From Guillardia theta CCMP2712 (lineage: Eukaryota; Protista; Cryptophyta): 64,000 bases of DNA. The translations under genes were made by a program, and so were the position numbers. The notes below the pieces were generated by a model. It saw nothing but the letters and a program-made list of their open reading frames with translations, had not been told where the DNA came from and made no database searches. The DNA is taken from positions 80,631-144,630 of the forward strand of contig NW_005434537.1 of assembly GCF_000315625.1 (NCBI RefSeq), read 5' to 3'. Positions 41,618 through 52,600 of the stretch are shown here, piece after piece (the first letter of the stretch is position 1; each line of letters opens with the position of its first letter).

Positions 41618-43471
41618 CGAGAAACAGGGGGGTCAAGGGAGGTTTTCTTCCCCCTGGGAGAAATGTCCTATGGGTTTTTGGATCTGCGATATAAAAAAGT
41701 CTTGTCTCGGTCACGTGATGTGTCACGTGACCGGTCAGGTGAGCCTGTCAGCCGGGTCACGGCCCCTGTCAGCCGGCTGACATGTCACGGGCCTGCTGAC
41801 ACGGTCCGCTGACCGGTCACGGCCGCCCGGAGAGATCAGGCCCCCGGCCAATCTCCGGACACTTAGCCTCCTGGCGGGCCTCCAGGGGGTCTGAGGCGGG
41901 GCTGAAGGCTGCAGTCGGTCTACTGACGGCCGGCAGGATCCGTCGAGAAACAGGAGATCAGACCCCCGGCCAATCTCCGGACACTTAGCCTCCTGGCGGG
42001 CCTCCAGGGGGTCTGAGGCGGGGCTGAAGGCTGCAGTCGGTCTACTGACGGGCCCGGCCGGCAGGATCCGTCGAGAAACAGGGGGGTCAAGGGAGGTTTT
42101 CTTCCCCCTGGGAGAAAATTTTTGGGATCTGCGATATAAAAAAGTCTTGTCTCGGTCACGTGATGTGTCACGTGACCGGTCAGGTGAGCCTGTCAGCCGG
42201 GTCACGGCCCCTGTCAGCTGGCTGACATGTCACGGGCCTGCTGACACGGTCCGCTGACCGGTCACGGCCGCCCGGAGAGATCAGGCCCCCGGCCAATCTC
42301 CGGACACTTAGCCTCCTGGCGGGCCTCCAGGGGGTCTGAGGCGGGGCTGAAGGCTGCAGTCGGTCTACTGACGGGCCCGGCCGGCAGGATCCGTCGAGAA
42401 ACAGGGGGGTCAAGGGAGGTTTTCTTCCCCCTGGGAGAAATGTCCTATGGGTTTTTGGATCTGCGATATAAAAAAGTCTTGTCTCGGTCACGTGATGTGT
42501 CACGTGACCGGTCAGGTGAGCCTGTCAGCCGGGTCACGGCCCCTGTCAGCCGGCTGACATGTCACGGGCCTGCTGACACGGTCCGCTGACCGGTCACGGC
42601 CGCCCGGAGAGATCAGGCCCCCGGCCAATCTCCGGACACTTAGCCTCCTGGCGGGCCTCCAGGGGGTCTGAGGCGGGGCTGAAGGCTGCAGTCGGTCTAC
42701 TGACGGGCCCGGCCGGCAGGATCCGTCGAGAAACAGGGGGGTCAAGGGAGTGCGATATAAAAAAGTCTTGTCTCGGTCACGTGATGTGTCACGTGACCGG
42801 TCAGGTGAGCCTGTCAGCCGGGTCACGGCCCCTGTCAGCCGGCTGACATGTCACGGGCCTGCTGACACGGTCCGCTGACCGGTCACGGCCGCCCGGAGAG
42901 ATCAGGCCCCCGGCCAATCTCCGGACACTTAGCCTCCTGGCGGGCCTCCAGGGGGTCTGAGGCGGGGCTGAAGGCTGCAGTCGGTCTACTGACGGGCCCG
43001 GCCGGCAGGATCCGTCGAGAAACAGGGGGGTCAAGGGAGGTTTTCTTCCCCCTGGGAGAAAATTTTGGGATCTGCGATATAAAAAAGTCTTGTCTCGGTC
43101 ACGTGATGTGTCACGTGACCGGTCAGGTGAGCCTGTCAGCCGGGTCACGGCCCCTGTCAGCCGGCTGACATGTCACGGGCCTGCTGACACGGTCCGCTGA
43201 CCGGTCACGGCCGCCCGGAGAGATCAGGCCCCCGGCCAATCTCCGGACACTTAGCCTCCTGGCGGGCCTCCAGGGGGTCTGAGGCGGGGCTGAAGGCTGC
43301 AGTCGGTCTACTGACGGGCCCGGCCGGCAGGATCCGTCGAGAAACAGGGGGGTCAAGGGAGGTTTTCTTCCCCCTGGGAGAAAATTTTGGGATCTGCGAT
43401 ATAAAAAAGTCTTGTCTCGGTCACGTGATGTGTCACGTGACCGGTCAGGTGAGCCTGTCAGCCGGGTCACG
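41618..43471 (+). repeat. 323-bp satellite, block 2 (~6 units including 332-bp and deleted variants)
   Basis: Directly visible. Confidence 0.97.
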
Positions 43472-43961
43472 TATTGGAATCAATTCCTGACTCCTAGAGT
43501 CTGTGCACAGATGAATGACTAGTAGAACAGCTCAACAGCTGACTGATAAGTCCAAAGACCAAGACTCACAGATGATGTGCGCACGAAGACACCAATGACT
43601 TTCACAGCCAACCAAACACCTCAGATAACTCAGATCAACTTCCCAACAATCCCCAGCACTTTATTCCCAACACTCGTAGCAGCAAGACCAACCAAACAGC
43701 TTCCCTTCACACACCACCGCCTTACTTCCACCACTGTACGAGTGCTGCCTCTTCGACAGCCGGCGCCTCTTGATTCCTCCGGCGCCGCCTCAGCTTCCCC
43801 AGGCTCCAACCAACCGGATCTTCTAAGTCACAGACTAAGCTCCAGCCCACTAGCTTGGACCTGCAGGCTTCACTTGGTTCACAACCTGATTAGACGCATC
43901 CCTTGAACTTATCGCGTCTGAAAGAACTTCTGAGAGGTTTGTCAGAACCTGAGTTCTTACA
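43472..43961 (-). repeat. Copia 3' LTR
   Basis: Matches 58165-58654 (offset 14693). Confidence 0.95.
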
Positions 43962-45508
43962 CCCTCCCTTTGGGAAGCAAGTCAGAAGTCTGCAACCTTC
44001 TCAGCTTGTCAAAATCATCTGCTTAACAGCTAAGCAGCTGTCCCTTGCGATGTCCTCCTTTCCAACGCTCGCTCAAGCTTTACAAGCTGACTTCCATGCT
44101 GCTCACCTGACCATCAACATCTTTCCCAAGCTGACTTCCATGCTGCTCTCCTCTCCAAGGTCATCTTGCTGCTACCACTCCATCAACCGTTCTGCACAGG
44201 CTCATCCCCCATCTTGCATGCCTCCTGCGCTCCTCCTTCGCTTCAAGTGTGCACCCTGGTGCGCCTGCGTTTCTCCTCCTGTGACACCTGCGCTCCTCCT
44301 CCGCTTGCGCTGCGGATGCAGTGCGGTCGCACCCCGCCAACAGTGCACCTGTGCTGCTCCTCCACCTGCGCTGCGGCTTCTCCCCACCATCGTAGGGCCT
44401 GCGCTGCTCCTCCAGCGCTTGCGCTTCAGCAGCACTCCTGCAGCACCTGCGCTGTCCTCCTCTAGCGCATCCTGATGCTCGTGCACACGGGTTCCTCAGC
44501 TTGTACCATCCGCATGCCACAGAGACGCTCCTCATCCGCCTGCGCTGTCCGCATGCACCTGTGCTCCTCCTCACCTTCCATCATAAACTCTTCCCAGCTG
44601 CCTGCAGTGTCAGCTCAAGACTAAGTCCTGAACACATCTGCATCTTTCAAGTCAGACAGCTCCTCCTCCTCTTCAACCTGATCCTCATGATGGGATTGGT
44701 CATCATGTGACCTCTCTGAAGCTTGCACATTGAGCAATGAAGACATCTCCACCCATTGATGATGCCAAGAATTTAGAATTCCAATCAAGCTCCAGAGATC
44801 AGGTACAGAATTCTTGCAATGCATTGATTGATCTCTGATTGTTTTGAACACAATTTTCTCGTTTCTAATCTATGGGCCCTTTCTATCCTATCTACCCCGG
44901 GGATCATTGTTTTGCCAAGGCACAATCATTTTTGACGTCAGCGCTTTCATTTCAACCACATGACTTATCGATCTCGACTCATCCGTCATTTCTTTCTCAA
45001 TTTTCATTTTTTGGCCATTCAATTTCATCGTTCACTACCGTCATGGGTTCCATAGATCAGGATGAGCGAGTTTCTAAGATACTAACCTAGAACAGATGTC
45101 TTGGTTGCAGCTAGCCACAGGCTTGAGGAAGACGTGTCTGTCTTTATCCTCCTTCCGATTCATCCGATTCCTTCACGTTCTCCATGAGAGTCTCCTCGGT
45201 GACATCACCCGAGACACCCTCCCTGAATCGGATAGAAGACGGAAGACTGACAATTCTCGAGCGACACGGACTCGGTGGCAAGGGTCCGAGACACCCTCCC
45301 TGAATCGGAGAAAAGACGGAAGATAAAGCCTGGAAGCCACCGCAGCAGGATCGGTTGAATCTCCTTGTCGGAGACTGGAACTCGGATCACCGTCAATCAC
45401 ACACGGGGCATACAACTTTGGCGACTGGCGGCATGGGAACAGAGTAGCACTGTCCCTGACAGAAGCGCAGAGAGCATGAAGCGCAGAGAGCATGACAGGC
45501 GAGCATCC

Positions 45509-47593
45509 TCAGAGCAGCATATCCGGTAAGGGGTCTCCGAAGAGAAATTCACCAAGGAGCCTCCACCGATTCAAAGGCAGAACTTTCGTCAGCAAATCAC
45601 CAGGCTGATAAGAAGTATGAATCTTTTCTGGATAGAGCTCGTCCTTTTCTACCAAATCAACAGCATACTTCGTTCGAATATCAATGTGTTTGAGTCGACT
45701 ATAACTGCGCTTGTCCCACAAAAGCCTCAGACATGGTTCATTGTCGATTAGCAAGAGAGTAGGACGAGTCTGCGTAAATCCCATCTGACCCAAGAGATTT
45801 CTATAAAGCTTGACTAGTTTTGCGCATGTGGTGGCAGCATAAATTTCCGCTTCTGAAGAACTCAGGGCAACAACCTTCTGCATTTTTGAACCAAAGACGA
45901 CTACCCCACCATTCAGAACGATTCCATATCCGCTTTGACTCCGTCTCGTAATAATCTCGGTACCCCAACCAGCATCACTGAATGCAATCATCTCATTGAC
46001 AAAACACTCCTGGTGGTAAGATACTCCGTGACAATGGTATACGATCTGAACCTCCCGAGTAGTGTAAAGGTACTGTAGAAGATGAATTAAGGCATCCATA
46101 TCGCACTGCCTAGGAGCCCGAGCAAAGCGACTAAGGACGCTCGTCGCGAATGCGATATCAACCCGCGTACAATTTGCCACGTAGAGAATGGACCCCAGAA
46201 GACTCTGATAAGTGCGGACTTCCTTCTTGTTCAACAACTTACCCTCCAAGTGATAAGTCTTGAGATAGTGACCAGGTAATACCGTTTTGACACCCCTGGC
46301 AACGATTTGAAAGCGTTCAACAATCTTTTCAATGAAATGCTGTTGTGACAAAGTTATCCGACCCTGATCGTCATTCTGTTCTATTTTAATGCCCAAGAAG
46401 GTACCTGTTGCCTCACTCCCCGAAAAGTCGAATACTGTGTTGAGCTTCTCAAGAAACTCAATCTTAACTGCTTCAGTTTGAGAGACAATGAGTAAGTCAT
46501 CCACGAAGACAGTCAGAAGCAAGACGTCCCCCGCACAGTTGGAGTATCGGTAGATGATCTCATCATGTCCTATCCCACTTGCTCCCACCGTCTTCAACAC
46601 CTGCGTGAACTTAAGATACCATCTCCTTGGTGCAATGCGAAGTCCATAGAGCGACTTCAAGACTTTGAGGAGGCACTCAGGAGGAAGACTCATGATATCT
46701 GGAGGAATCAAATACACAGGAACCTCCAAGTCACCATACAAGAAAGCAGCAGAGATATCCCTGAATGTGATTCTCCAACGGTTGCCTGCCGCGATGCTCA
46801 GCAAGAGCCGGATATTGTCCAACGATGTAGTCGGTGCAAACAATTCTTCAGATGAAGGAAGTAAGTTGCCCATGATAACTAGCCGCCCCTTTCGTTTCAA
46901 GATCTTGCCCTTCAAGTCTCGTTTTGAAGCATACACCCACAAGCCGCGAGCAAGGACAGAATGATTTGACTCCCTGTTTTTCTGATCACGCGTAACAACT
47001 TCCCAGACCCCACGACTTTCGATCTTCGCAATTTCCTCCTTTTCAGCCTGCTCCCAAAGATGCCGATCCGGACGACGTAACATCTCTGACCTTGTCTTGG
47101 GATCTGGTAACTTGTCAAAACTACTTTCGTTCTCCACATTTCCTGCATCGCAAGCCGCTGTCATCGCGTAATCTGCCTGATTCTCAGGCATTGCAGCTGG
47201 ATTGTCACGGTCGGAAGACATCAGAGATAACAGGTCAGACGCCAGCTCCACCGCGTCCCATACGGGAGAGACCAACGCTAGATTCGCCACAAGAAGACGC
47301 GTATCCCTGAAAGTAGGGTCCACATTAGCACTGACCTGTGGGGCAGATGACACAGGATCGACATGCTGTAAACGAGTTTTGTACATCTCATCCCTCCATA
47401 CTGGAACAAAACGCTGGGATGCTGGCTGAAGGCTTGTCCTGTCTTCCCCCCTGTCCCAAACATACAAGATCTCTTCAGATTCAGTCGACCCCTGCACAAT
47501 ATGTGTAACTTGCAGATACTGCGAAAATTGCTTGTGCTGGGAAAGTACAACCACTTCAGGCGAACCCCCAACTGTAGCTTCGACAACATCCAT
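45509..47593 (-). CDS. pol: Copia reverse transcriptase / RNase H
   Basis: DISAAFLYG, KSLYGL, FVDDLL, FSDAGW, SSSEAEI, KHIDIR; +1 frame offset from the integrase ORF near 47625. Confidence 0.93.
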   Translation of the reverse strand: MDVVEATVGGSPEVVVLSQHKQFSQYLQVTHIVQGSTESEEILYVWDRGEDRTSLQPASQRFVPVWRDEMYKTRLQHVDPVSSAPQVSANVDPTFRDTRLLVANLALVSPVWDAVELASDLLSLMSSDRDNPAAMPENQADYAMTAACDAGNVENESSFDKLPDPKTRSEMLRRPDRHLWEQAEKEEIAKIESRGVWEVVTRDQKNRESNHSVLARGLWVYASKRDLKGKILKRKGRLVIMGNLLPSSEELFAPTTSLDNIRLLLSIAAGNRWRITFRDISAAFLYGDLEVPVYLIPPDIMSLPPECLLKVLKSLYGLRIAPRRWYLKFTQVLKTVGASGIGHDEIIYRYSNCAGDVLLLTVFVDDLLIVSQTEAVKIEFLEKLNTVFDFSGSEATGTFLGIKIEQNDDQGRITLSQQHFIEKIVERFQIVARGVKTVLPGHYLKTYHLEGKLLNKKEVRTYQSLLGSILYVANCTRVDIAFATSVLSRFARAPRQCDMDALIHLLQYLYTTREVQIVYHCHGVSYHQECFVNEMIAFSDAGWGTEIITRRSQSGYGIVLNGGVVVFGSKMQKVVALSSSEAEIYAATTCAKLVKLYRNLLGQMGFTQTRPTLLLIDNEPCLRLLWDKRSYSRLKHIDIRTKYAVDLVEKDELYPEKIHTSYQPGDLLTKVLPLNRWRLLGEFLFGDPLPDMLL

Positions 47594-47612
47594 GATCTCA
47601 TCCGCTGCACGA

Positions 47613-49330
47613 TCAGAGACAGGGTTTAAAAACTTTGGTATGGTCGGTCATATCACCAAAGACGTTCGGTGGAAAGCTGCACGAGTAATAATCTGCTAAC
47701 ATGCAGACCTCTGATATTGTCTCCCCACTTGTAAGCACCACCATTGCCTTCTGTTCGGTTTGTTCCAAAAACTTGATGTCAGGATCAGTGACAGACCGTA
47801 ACACCCAGTAATTGTCGAGAGTTGGGAAAACAATCCGCGCGAGAAACTTTCCCTCCTTGAAAACCATCTGCAAAATTTTGCCTTGCTCTACTTGACCATT
47901 TACAAGAACTTCGACATCTCGATTGACATATTTGCTTTCCAAGACCCCTCGCTCCGCCTTGAAATCCCTCCGTGTTCTTCTGCCTGCTGGAGGAACTGGA
48001 GACATTGCACCGTCAGGCACATATTCGGTATCATCCCTCAACCGATGCTCTCCTGTATCCTCCCGTTGATCTCCAGATGTCAGGCCTTGGACCGAGGAAG
48101 GTGGAAATTCCAATTGGAGGCGCTTGCTCGCGGAAACTTCACTTGCGTCAGGACCAGAGCCTCCCTGACAGTGTCGCTTCCTGCCAGACGTTGCAACTTC
48201 CTCAGGAATTTGCAATTCTGTTTCACTCGCATTTTCCGAGGAGTCTTCGTCGTCATCAGATGCCACTGGTGCACAAGGTACTAGTTCCTTCAACAATTCA
48301 TCCTCCACATTAGATGCCTGAAAACGTCGGCAACGTAATGGAAAATACAGCTCGTCAAACGTAAGATTATTCGTATGGACGATTCTATCATGCTCGATAT
48401 CCCAAACCAAATACCCCACCTTATATCCAGAGAAAGCGCACGCGTTTCCCAGATTTAAACCATCAATTGCTGGATCATCCACCTTTGACGTGCGTAGTTC
48501 ATTCTTGAAGAAGGTGCTGCACCCAAAAACCTTGAGCTTGCGATAGTCAAACTGCTCGGTTGTATATATCAAGTATGGTGAGGAATACCCTAGATTTCGT
48601 CCACTAGGCAGAATGTTGTACAGTAATACTGCCTGCTGTACGGAATATTCCCATTTGACAGGCCTGGGTACTCCGCTCTGACGTAGTAACGTCCGATGAA
48701 TGGACATTACGCTTCTGATTCCACGTTCAGCGAACGCATTGTAGACCTGAGAGTACTCTGGAATTTTGTCATGTCGTATCCCATGATCAACGAAAAAGCT
48801 CTCCAGCTCCACAGAGCTGAATTCTGAACCGTTGTCAGATACAATCTTCTGTACCTTAGGACGAAAGCTGTCACGATCCTCTTGTAACAGTATTTCCTTG
48901 AGGATAGCAGCCGTCTGACTTTTCGTGCGCATAGGTCGTACTCGCACAAATCCGGAAAAGACGTCCACAATGATCAAGAAATATCTATAACCACCAGGCT
49001 CGGATTGTACAATCACGTCCTTCAAATCAATATGCCAGACTTGATTGACCTCTGATGCCCGCTCCTGTCGGAAATCCGACTGTCGATGGATCGGCCGTGA
49101 GACGAACTTTGCTATTCTACAGGTGTGACAAGGAGATTTCTTTAGGCGCCTGTCGTACGTGATATACTTCACCGAATCGGCTAGTAATTTTTGAATCTTT
49201 GCTTCCAGATGTCCGAGCCGAAGGTGCCAGATGGCCGATTCTGTCGCAGCTGACAATCTGGACTGCTCACACATGTTCTCCTCTGGCTTGAGAGTCACTA
49301 AACTTGATGGACCCCCACTGTAATTATCAC
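47613..49330 (-). CDS. pol: Copia integrase region
   Basis: WHLRLGH, CHTC, HIDL, SDNGSEF, AERGIR, LKVFGC. Confidence 0.92.
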
Positions 49331-49690
49331 CAGCCAACTGTCCTTTCATCCTGATAGGCCTTTGCCTTGCTGCAACAAAGGCCTCCACAGGGGTCCTTTC
49401 AGACGATTGTTGAGACGTCTTTGTGTGTATCGTCTTGTCTTGTTTTGTGTGTGTGTGTGTGAAAGAAATAAAAGAGAGTTAGATCTCCTTCTGTTTCACC
49501 GCTTTCCCTCTTAGTAGAGAAATCCAACGTGAGTTCTTATTGAACTGCGCTTGAAGGTCCACTCGAGAATCTTCGAGGTGTGACATAAAATTGGTAGCAA
49601 GGTTGTGATCGGTGATAGAGATCGAGTCTTCTCTCTCCCCCTCCCTTTCTCCACTGTTCTTCTGCTTCTTCCTACGCTTACGTCGCGTAG

Positions 49691-52600
49691 ATGTCCGGAT
49701 ACAATACTCGACTCGCAGCTCGCATGCTGGACGAGAATGCTACGGATACTTTGGAACATGACTGGCAATCTGCTGCCGGCATTGACGACGATCTTCGTCC
49801 CGAATCGACCGAGGATCGGTCGCTCCAAAACATGTCTGCCGCGCTGCTGGAGGTTCAGCAGCGGTTGAACGCTCTCGAAGCTCCTGCTTCTTCTGAGGCG
49901 GTCCCGCCCGCCGCTCTCAAGCCTGGACCGCCCCCCATCTCCTCGCGTGACGGTCCTCAGCTGGTCTCTCTGGCTGATCAGCAATTGCTTGCTAAGTTGC
50001 GAAATCTCCCCAAGTTGGATACTGCCCGCCAAACTAGCGCCAACAATGTCTTGACATGGGTTCAAACCATTCAGTACTCCTTTGCTGTGTATGGTATCCC
50101 CCGAGCCAACTGGGTTGTCCATACCCTCGATTTACTGGATGCTCCAGTCCGCCAACACTTCGTGGCCAAGTACCCGCCAGAGACCTTTCGCCGCATGGAG
50201 TGGGATACATTTTCAGAGGAAATTCGTGAAAAATTCCTGCCTCCTCACCTGCTGTCGAATCTCATTCACCAACTCGACAATTTGAATCAAGACCGTCAGG
50301 AATCTCTTGCTTCGTATGCTGCCCGAACCCTGACCTTAATCGAGCAACTTCAGCTCCTTCCGGATGGTAAATTATTTGCGACGTCCTCACTGCTCTGCAA
50401 ACGGTTCATTAATGGTGTCCGATCGCATATGACTGCTCTACTCTTGAATCAGTGGGTGACTCTACAGCGTTCGGATGATGTTGACTTCCGTCAGCTCAGG
50501 GAGTACGCGCTCAAGATCGACAATCAGACCAGAACCAAAGACCATTCGACGGGAGCAGATCCCCACCGGCAGCTCTACTCCGTGCAGGTGGGCAATCGCT
50601 CCTCTAATTCTAATGATCGCAAGAGTCGTCCTTCTGGCAAGGCTTCGGCCTTCAAAGAGCGCCGTGCTGCTCGGCAGGACGCCAGGAGTGCGGGAGACTC
50701 CTCGTCCCCAAACACATCGACCAATGCCATCCGTTGTTACAACTGTGGCAAACTCGGACATCGATCTTCCGAGTGTCGTCGTACCCGCCGCAGTCAGAGT
50801 CCTGAACGTGAGCAGCCGTCCGACTCCTCCTCTCCGCCTCTGCTTGGCGCTGTTCAGACTTCCGACGACCGCAAGGCTGCTCCGTCCGTTGCAGCTAACA
50901 AGATTGCTGCTCGCTCGAAGACGCCTAAGCGCCGTCCTCAGGTGCATTTTGCTGAAGAACTGGAAGATGCAGTGCCTCTGGACGGTGACGCTCTCGAGGT
51001 ACACTTGCATCCGATTGCACTCCATTCCCTTGGCTCTCAGGAGCACGGGGCGTCTTCAGGATCGCTTCTCTATCTGCCCATTGTACCACTCACCTCTCCG
51101 GTGCCAGCTACTACTTCCGAGATCCTGGCTTTGCTTGACTCGGGTGCTGAGATCAGTGTGATCTCGCGTCAGGTTGCGCGACAGCTCCAACTGACCACAC
51201 AGCGTATTCCCGCCACGCTTACCGCTCAGTTCGCTCATGGCGACGCCAAGGTCGTGCTTCGTGAAACCTGTCTCCTGCCGTTTCGCATTGCAGGCACCAA
51301 TGTTGAAACGCAAGAAACGTTCTTCATTTTGGACTCTCCAGCATCACTGCCGGCGATCTTGTCCCAACCGTTCATTGCCAAGATGAAAATGAATATCGAC
51401 TTTCATTCCAAGCTCGTTACTATTCCCGCGCAGGATGGTACTGCGGGGCGTCAACGCCTTCCGCTCGCATTTCACATCCCTGGTCCTGGCTCCGCGGCTA
51501 TGCGGCAAGCCCAGTGTTTGCTTTTTCCCTGGCATGCGGACTGGAACACGCTTCAGCCTCCTCCACCGGAGGATATGATGCCCTGGGTCATGGCGACCGT
51601 GTCCTCGCCTGTTTCTACCAGTTCGTTGGTCTCTCAGGTCGCCTCGTCGGCCTCGCCGCTCGCAGCTCAGGCCTTGCAGGAGCTACTCGAGGACTTTTCC
51701 GATGTTCTGGTGGACGAACTACCAATCCAGTCACCTGTCTCGCGGGGGCAGTATGACGTTGTCCTTCGGGTTCCTGATGACGTTCGTCCAATTCGTCGTC
51801 GTCCCTACCGACTTCCTGCGACGCTCCAGGAGGAGCTCGCTAAAACGATCGACTTCTTGTTGGCACGAGGCATCATCGAGCGGAACAATGATGTCATGTG
51901 GCAGAGTCCCGTCATCTTTGTTCGCAAAGGTCTTTCCTCTGAAGGAGTCCCTCAATTTCGTTTTTGTATTGATTATCGAGGAGTCAACAATCACCTCCTC
52001 GACGACAGTTTTCCGCCTCCCGTCCCTACCGAGCTCATGGAACGGATCGGGCGAGTGCTCTCGCAGCGTACTGAGTCCAGTACGGATACCCTCTACTTCA
52101 GCAAGCTGGATATGGCCTCAGGATTCTGGCAGCTAGCTCTCACTCCTGACAGCTCTCAATATACTGGGTTTGTTACTGAACAAGGATCCTACCAATTCCG
52201 CGCTCTGCCCTTTGGTCTAAAAACGGCCACAGCTGCCTTCCAGAAGTTCTCACAGGGCATCCTCGCAGGTATGGCCAACGTTTTAGTCTACGTCGATGAT
52301 CTCTTACTCTTTTCCATGGGTAATCCTCGTTCACACCTACAGCAGGTGCGTCTCCTACTGGAGCGCCTCCGCCACCACCAGGTCTTCGTTAAACGGAGCA
52401 AGTGTGTGTTTCTTCAGACGCAGATCAGTTTTCTCGGATATACTTTGAATGCGCATGGGATTGCACCCGAAGCTAGCAAAGTTGCTGCCATCGAAGATTT
52501 TCCGCCTCCTGCATCTGTGAAACAACTTCGCCAATTTTTAGGCCTCGCCAATTTTTATCGGCGTTTCATCAAGAATTTTGCCAACTATGCTGCACCTCTC

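Noticed and set aside
43577-43906. 109-aa ORF repeated at 58270-58599
   Set aside because: Lies wholly within the copia LTRs; no coding signal
43962-45508. env-like extra gene in the copia 3' region
   Set aside because: Only fragmented low-complexity Glu/Arg/Ala-rich frames; no signal peptide or TM architecture
47615-47635. Programmed -1 frameshift at TTTAAAC between copia integrase and RT
   Set aside because: The heptamer is out of register and the required shift is +1; a single extra T is the simpler explanation
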